Shown here: piece after piece, positions 57,376 through 64,000 of the stretch
How positions within the stretch are numbered: position 1 is the stretch's first letter
Layout: every line of letters begins with the position of its first letter
Source of the DNA: Thraustochytrium aureum
Lineage: Eukaryota
Direction of reading: 5' to 3'
Length of the DNA stretch: 64,000 bases
Assembly (NCBI GenBank): GCA_012862495.1
Contig: BLSG01000391.1
Location: forward strand, 293,760-357,759
Notes under the pieces: model-generated
Told to the model about the DNA's origin: nothing
The model's input: only the letters and a program-made list of their open reading frames with translations
Databases searched by the model: none
Translations under genes and position numbers: made by a program

Positions 57376-58353
57376 NNNNNNNNNNNNNNNNNNNNNNNNN
57401 NNNNNNNNNNNNNNNNNNNNNNNNNNNNNNNNNNNNNNNNNNNNNNNNNNNNNNNNNNNNNNNNNNNNNNNNNNNNNNNNNNNNNNNNNNNNNNNNNNNN
57501 NNNNNNNNNNNNNNNNNNNNNNNNNNNNNNNNNNNNNNNNNNNNNNNNNNNNNNNNNNNNNNNNNNNNNNNNNNNNNNNNNNNNNNNNNNNNNNNNNNNN
57601 NNNNNNNNNNNNNNNNNNNNNNNNNNNNNNNNNNNNNNNNNNNNNNNNNNNNNNNNNNNNNNNNNNNNNNNNNNNNNNNNNNNNNNNNNNNNNNNNNNNN
57701 NNNNNNNNNNNNNNNNNNNNNNNNNNNNNNNNNNNNNNNNNNNNNNNNNNNNNNNNNNNNNNNNNNNNNNNNNNNNNNNNNNNNNNNNNNNNNNNNNNNN
57801 NNNNNNNNNNNNNNNNNNNNNNNNNNNNNNNNNNNNNNNNNNNNNNNNNNNNNNNNNNNNNNNNNNNNNNNNNNNNNNNNNNNNNNNNNNNNNNNNNNNN
57901 NNNNNNNNNNNNNNNNNNNNNNNNNNNNNNNNNNNNNNNNNNNNNNNNNNNNNNNNNNNNNNNNNNNNNNNNNNNNNNNNNNNNNNNNNNNNNNNNNNNN
58001 NNNNNNNNNNNNNNNNNNNNNNNNNNNNNNNNNNNNNNNNNNNNNNNNNNNNNNNNNNNNNNNNNNNNNNNNNNNNNNNNNNNNNNNNNNNNNNNNNNNN
58101 NNNNNNNNNNNNNNNNNNNNNNNNNNNNNNNNNNNNNNNNNNNNNNNNNNNNNNNNNNNNNNNNNNNNNNNNNNNNNNNNNNNNNNNNNNNNNNNNNNNN
58201 NNNNNNNNNNNNNNNNNNNNNNNNNNNNNNNNNNNNNNNNNNNNNNNNNNNNNNNNNNNNNNNNNNNNNNNNNNNNNNNNNNNNNNNNNNNNNNNNNNNN
58301 NNNNNNNNNNNNNNNNNNNNNNNNNNNNNNNNNNNNNNNNNNNNNNNNNNNNN

Positions 58354-58548
58354 GCCCTCCTCCACGTTCCCCCTTCATTATACGTATATTCAATATAAAA
58401 ACAAAAACCACAGTATCATAATACCGACATTCAAGAGATTGTATTGAACATTGACTGTCTCCAGTACTGACCATTGAATGAGTAATGAATGTCAAGTATG
58501 TAGTACTGAATATCAATTATGTAGTACTGAATGTCAATAGTATAACAA
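58354..58548. repeat. AT-rich island with ~21-bp tandem repeat (TATGTAGTACTGAATRTCAA)
   Basis: Sharp composition shift next to a gap; two near-perfect copies at about 58497-58538 plus degenerate copies upstream. Confidence 0.65.
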
Positions 58549-58817
58549 GGAAGGGAAGGCGGTGCACCGACGCGGAGGATGAGCAGACCGCGAAGCAGCT
58601 CGCGTCTCGGGCGCCCATCAGGAGGGCTGCAGTGCTGCTGCTGCAGGCGCTGGCACTCGAGTATACTCGTGCACGCTGCCGCTCACGGAGCCCTTTGTTG
58701 CCGAGGTTTTGGTCGTTGTCGGGCGCGCTCAGGCGCTGATTTATTCCGCTCGCTCGCTCGCTTGCTTGGTTGCTTGCTCGCTCGCTCGGCGGCCGAGTCC
58801 GCGCCCGCCGCCAGCGG

Positions 58818-60529
58818 ATGCCGCTCGTGTCCGGACTGTATGCGTCCTCCGGCAGCGAGGACGAGGAGGACGATGCGGGGGCTGTCGCCGTGCCTGGGGT
58901 CGGCACGACGAGTTTAGAGGGTTTTGCGTCTGCGCCCAAGGTGGAGGTGGACGAGAGGCATACGAGCACGGCGGCGAGCTACGCCATGGCCCAACCTGTC
59001 GATGCGCGGTCGGCTGTGATTTCGTACAACGCCAAGGCAGGTGCTCTGTCGGCGCCCATTCAGGGCCCCAGTAACCCGTTTCGCCAAGGCCAGGCTCGGG
59101 TCGCGGCGGCCGCGATGGACGATATCGCCTTCGACAGAGCATATTACAGCAGCCGCGATGAAACGATGGCAGGGAAACGAAAACGGGGCGCACCAGGAGA
59201 CGCAAATTTTGGCGCCCCACCACCCCACCGCCGCCGCCGCCACCAGGTTCCGCTCATCTTGCGTTGGGTGGCCAGATAGCGAGCGAAAGGGGAGAAGCAG
59301 ACGGTGGTGGACCTGACCTAGTTGCTGGCCAGGACGGCGCAGACGAGGAGAGCGTACCAGCTGCGCAGGTTGCGTTCCTAGCGTCGCTGGAGAAGCGGCG
59401 CGAACAGGCCAAGCGGCAGAGGCAAAAAGCAGAGGCGGAGGAGCAGAAGGACGGCGAGTCGCGCGTCGTGCGCGGCGAAGCGATCGCCGGTCTCGCAACC
59501 ACAACCTTCCACGGCACGGAGGAAACCGACTATCAGGGACGGTCGTGGACCGTCCCGCCCTCAACAGTCAGGGCCGTGGACCCCGCCTCGCACGAGTGCG
59601 AGATCCCGACGCGCTTGGCGCACACCTGGCGAGGCCATTCAAAAGGGGTGCAGGCAATCGAGTTTTCGCCGCGGTACGCCCACCTCCTCCTTTCCGGCAG
59701 CCTGGACTCGACCTGCAAAATTTGGGGCTGCTACGAGTCCTCTGGCGGGGGGAACGGGCGCGGGCTCAAGCGGACGTATGCCGGCCACAGCGCGCCGATC
59801 CGCGCGCTCGACTTTTCGCCGGATGGCACGCAGTTCGCATCGAGCGGATTTGACAAAAAGGTCGTCTTGTGGGACGTGGAAACCGGTAAACACCTTCTTC
59901 AGTGGCACACCGGGGCCACCGCGAATGCAGTGCGGTTTTTCCCTGAAGACAGCAACGTGCTGCTGGCGGCTTGCTCGAACCGGAAGATCCAGCAAATGGA
60001 CCTCCGGGAGGGCAAGGTTGTCCAGCTGTACGAGCACCATCTGGGGCCGGTCAACACGCTGACCTTCTTTGACCGCAACCGGCGGTTCGTCAGCACGTCG
60101 GACGACAAGATGCTCCTGGCCTGGGAAATGAACATCCCGGTGCCGATCAAGTACATTCAGGACCCCTCGATGCAGAGCATGCCGGTCGTGCGGCGGCACC
60201 CAACCGACAGCTATGTGGCCTGCCAGTCGATGGACAACCAGATCCTGACCTTTGAGGCGGGCACCAAGGTGAGGGCCGGGAAAAAGCGCTTTCGGGGCCA
60301 CAACAACGCCGGCTTCGCCTGCGCGATCGACTTTTCGCCCAACGGGCGCTACATAACCTCGGGCGACAGCGACGGCAGGCTCTTCTTTTGGGACTGGCGC
60401 TCGTGCCGCAAGCAACGGGTGCTGCGCGCGCATGACAAGCAGCCCTGCCTAGGCGCGATTTGGCACCCCATCGAGCCGTCCTGGGTAGCGACTTGCGCGT
60501 GGGACGGGCTCATCAAGCTCTGGGAGTAG
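58818..60529 (+). CDS. CDC40: Pre-mRNA-processing factor 17 / CDC40, WD40 (frameshift about 59215-59265)
   Basis: PIQGPSNPF, DYQGRSW, HTWRGHSKGV, YEHHLGPVN, RRFVSTSDDK, PVPIKYI, CQSMDNQI, KKRFRGH, WHPIEPS.VATCAWDGLIKLWE. Confidence 0.93.
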
Positions 60530-62387
60530 AGCTCGGCGAGCGCGTTGTGCGCTTCACCCATCGACAGACCCGTCCCGAAGTGCAAAACCGATCTTGATTG
60601 CCATACCCTTACCACCACTCACTCTCTGAAGTCAAGCCTTGCAACGAACAACACCAGCCCGCGACAAGTTGACATCGACCAAGCGCTCGTCATCGACCAC
60701 GTCGCGCGGCGCCTGATGGGTGGGCGAATCACATCGAGCGAGCGCCCATCCGCATCCCATCGGCGGCGCCCGCGTACTTTGGTCTCCAAAAAAAAAGTGC
60801 CCTCATCAGCCGACCAAGTGAACGATAAAGAACAAAAGGAACAGCTCGTCCGCCTCAAAAATCGTCGATTTTTTTCGTCTGCGAGAAACGTAGCGAACGA
60901 GCTGGGAGCCCGCAGAGCCCCAATCGCTCGAAACCGCCCGGACCCGGACCCGCGTTGCGCAGCGCGTGGGGCCGCTGCGGGCAGGGCTGCTCGCTGCGTT
61001 AGCGGCCCGCGGGCGACGCCGCCGTCGCGGTTCGTGGGACGGCGCGGATCGGCGTGATTTTGCGGGTTTCGGTGCATGGGTTGGGATTGACGCAATTCGC
61101 GCGCGCCGCGCGCACGCCGCACCCGCGCGGGCCGGACGCGGCCGAGGGATGCAGCTGGGATGCCCTTGGTTGACTGAATGCGGCCGAGCGCGCGGTGCTG
61201 CACCGTGTTGCGGCGAGGGGAGAAGGGTTTTGGATTTTGCGAAGCCGGACGATTGGCGGATTTGTGCTTGGGGCGCGCTGACCCGCCTCTGCGCGCGTAG
61301 AGGCGCTTCAGAGCTCGTGCGACGTGCTTCAAGGGCCGCGTCAAAGGCCTGGGGGGCATGGGTTGTGCGCTGGTCCAGCACGAGGCTGTTGAATCCGGCG
61401 CTACTTGAGGGGGAACTTCCGGGCAATGTGCGTCGATTCCGGACAGCTCTGCGTCGTCTCAGCGTCTCCGCTCCCGCGCCATCATGAGGCTGCTGTTTCT
61501 ACTCCGACTCTGAGGGGGCGCAAGCCTTGGTTTCCTCGAGCTTGAGGTGAGGCTCCACCAACGAGTAGGCCTTCGTGCTTGGCAACACAATGCGCGGGAA
61601 GCAGCAACGCTCAGATGCCAACTGCCAGCCGTCAGAGCCGCCCTCGCGCCCTTCCCCTTGCCCTCATTTGCTGGGCAGGGTGCCCTTTTGCATTCCGGAG
61701 AGCCGACTTGTCACTCTAGGGTTTGCGCAAGGCTTGTCGCCCCTCTACAAATGAGCGTTGGCCTCGCGCAACATTCCACGACGAATCTGCATGCGCTGCG
61801 CAGCAGGAAAAGCAGTCGGTGGCGGGAGGTGTGTGTGTTGGGGGGGGGGGAGGAGGGGAGGGGGGGGGTCAACAAGGACGCGTTTCGCTCGACGCCTTTG
61901 GCCCCCTCCGGCAGCAGAGAGTCGTTAAACGGAGACCTTGGTGGTTTCTTCGCCATGCCTTCCCTAACACCTTCGAGCAGAGCCTTCGGGCGCAGTTTCA
62001 ACAATGGGCGTGCGACCGTCGCGAAGGAGGCGGGCTGGCCTGCACAACGAATAGCGGCGGAGGCACCTTGCTGCCCGAGTGGCCTCGAACGCACCTGTCA
62101 ATTTGACAGAGTAGAGCCAGCGGTGCTGCTCGGTAGCTTGCGCTCTCGTCGCCTGTTGAAAGTACCGAGCGGATTGCAATGCGTTGAGGGTATTCTGCTT
62201 CTACGATGCCTCTCGCCAGCTGGCGCGTTAGACTCTACATGGCAGACAGCCAGGGCGCTCTCGAGTGCGTCCGACGTCGGCGGACTGCGACCATCCGCCG
62301 TGCCCTTCCCTGATTCCGCGCCCCCTGTGGCTTGCTCTAGAGACTGTTGCGCTCCGCTCCATCGGCCGACATCGCCGGCAAAGGACT

Positions 62388-64000
62388 CTACTCTTCAAAA
62401 TCGTCTTCATAGGCGGGCTCATGCGCAACCGCATCCGGCTCACACCTTGGGTCCGGCTCGCACCTCGAATCGGTGGGCTGCGGCGCCTCCGCGGCAAAGG
62501 CTTTTGCCCGTTCGAGCGGTTCGCGCACCAAGGACCTAGCGTTCTGCTGCCCGACGCGCCTTTTGGTCGCCGCTTGGCAAAGGTCGTGGATTGGCATCCC
62601 CAACAGCGCTGCTTCGCTTGCGTACGATGCGGGGTTGACGCTAGCGACCAAAGTGGCCAACGCCTGCCGCAACATGGCCGACTCGCTCGACGCCTGAGCC
62701 GCGACGCTCTCGAAGCGCTCGATGTCCTCGCGAGCGTCTGCGGCGTCGTCGCTCATCTGCACGTAGCGGCGGCTCAGCTGCTCGACTTGCTCTTCGAGCC
62801 TACTGACGGCCTCGAATAGCGACTCTTCTCGCTCGCGCGCCGCGTCGCGCTCGTCCGTGACAACCTCGAGCTGGTCTGCGGCGTCTGCGACGCGGCTTTC
62901 GAGGTCGGCCACCTCACTTCGCGCAGCGTGGGCTTCAGCTTTAGCGGCGGCAAGCGCTGCAGCGGAGGACGCTTCAACAGCCTCAAGCCTCTGTCTCTCT
63001 TCGATTAAGACGGCGACCTGCGCCTCGAGCCGAGCTTGGGTCGATTTTGCCTCAAAGAGCTCCTCAAGGGCGGCCTCCGCTCCAGAAGCCCTTTTCTCGC
63101 TTGCGCTCAGAGTTTGGCGGAGCATCGCATTCTCCTCCTCGAGAGCTCGAACAGACGCGCCGGCAGCCTCGGCGGCAGCCGCAGCCCCTGCGCCATTGAC
63201 GTGAGTCTCCTGAAGCTCGCGCACCTTTGCTTCCAGCTGCGCAATCCTGAGCGCCCCAGCGTCTGGCGCAGTGCGCGTGGCTGCAAAGTCCGCAAGCCCG
63301 CTGATCGCCACGCGAAGCTTCTCAATTGCATCTGGGCGTTCCCAGGCGGCAGGGGCCTCACGCGCCACATCTTGCAAGCAGCCTTGGAGCGCTTCGGACA
63401 TGACAGCGTCATCCTTGCTTGCGCAAACCGCACGCGCTTGTTCGAGGGACTGTCCGGGTGTGAGCAGCTAGGCCTTCGAGCTCGCAGGATTTAGAGACTG
63501 CCAGCCTACGGCGCTCCACTGCGGCAGCTGAGTCGCGGCGGACGTGGTCGGCAAGCAGGGCGGTCTCGGCACTCAGCCCATCCCAATCAACCGCAACCCC
63601 AGTCGCATCGCCTTGCAAGCCGCCTTCGCCCTGATCCTTGCCGCGCTGCCTTGCCACCGCTGCAGCAAAACCTTGCAGCAGCGCATTCGTTCTCTGTGGT
63701 TCTTGGCCTTTTGCTATGGCAACAGGCTCGGCGCGTCGCCTTGGCTCACCAAGCACTGCTTGCGTGTGCGAAACAATACTGGCAAGCCACTCGACACGCG
63801 AGGCCTCTGACGCACAAACGCTGTCTCCTGTAGCTTCGCATTCGACCTGCTCTGCAAAGCCGAATCGCCGGCGGAGCTCCGCCACAACATCGACAAGAAA
63901 GCGAATCGGCGGGCGCTTGAGGAGCTGCTGCGTAAGGCGCGGCTTGTCCCAGCCGAGGCTTGCGAACGCGGCCTGGGTCTGCGCCACTGCCACCACAATC
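62388..64000 (-). CDS. Protein with IFT54/TRAF3IP1-like N-terminal CH domain and coiled coil (5' off window; frameshift near 63452; may extend past 62388)
   Basis: TQ..F......KPRLTQQLLKRPPIRFLVDVV...IAKGQEPQRTNALLQ resembles the TRAF3IP1 N-domain (LL.KPPFR.L.DI; I.AG.EPE.TN..LQ); heptad-rich ORF 62388-63401 follows. Confidence 0.65.

Noticed and set aside
160..63460. Frameshifts in many genes suggesting pseudogenes or programmed frameshifting
   Set aside because: They hit conserved genes (U2AF2, CDC40, CFAP206, Tubby) as isolated single-base indels with intact motifs on both sides and no shared slippery site; best explained as assembly errors.

Overview
Gene-dense, GC-rich eukaryotic DNA with few short GT-AG introns and several flagellar genes. 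It resembles a zoospore-forming protist such as a thraustochytrid/labyrinthulomycete (inference). The assembly is draft quality: many N gaps, some flanked by duplicated sequence, and single-base frameshifts in many conserved genes. Host genes: a divergent DUF885 metallopeptidase pair, severin/gelsolin, CFAP206, a secreted GH19 chitinase, a TKL kinase with a CaaX box, a coiled-coil protein, Tubby, a CLC channel, PIG-A, PA28, a 4-exon Mis12 not assembled by the ORF track, a bacterial-like alpha/alpha-barrel protein, a sulfotransferase, CCDC6-like, CFAP20, malate dehydrogenase, a kinesin, U2AF65, CDC40/PRP17 and an IFT54-N-domain protein. The standout is a complete ~5.9 kb DNA transposon at 44793-50699. 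It has an exact (C)AGAGTGGA target-site duplication, short imperfect inverted ends, and one intact 1702-aa ORF fusing a Cys/His-rich N-terminus, a RadA-like HhH, a Dada-like DDE/DxxH transposase core and a Ulp1/SENP protease. Its non-coding ends are rich in potential stem-loops. It is not inserted in a recognisable tRNA or snRNA gene, unlike described Dada elements.
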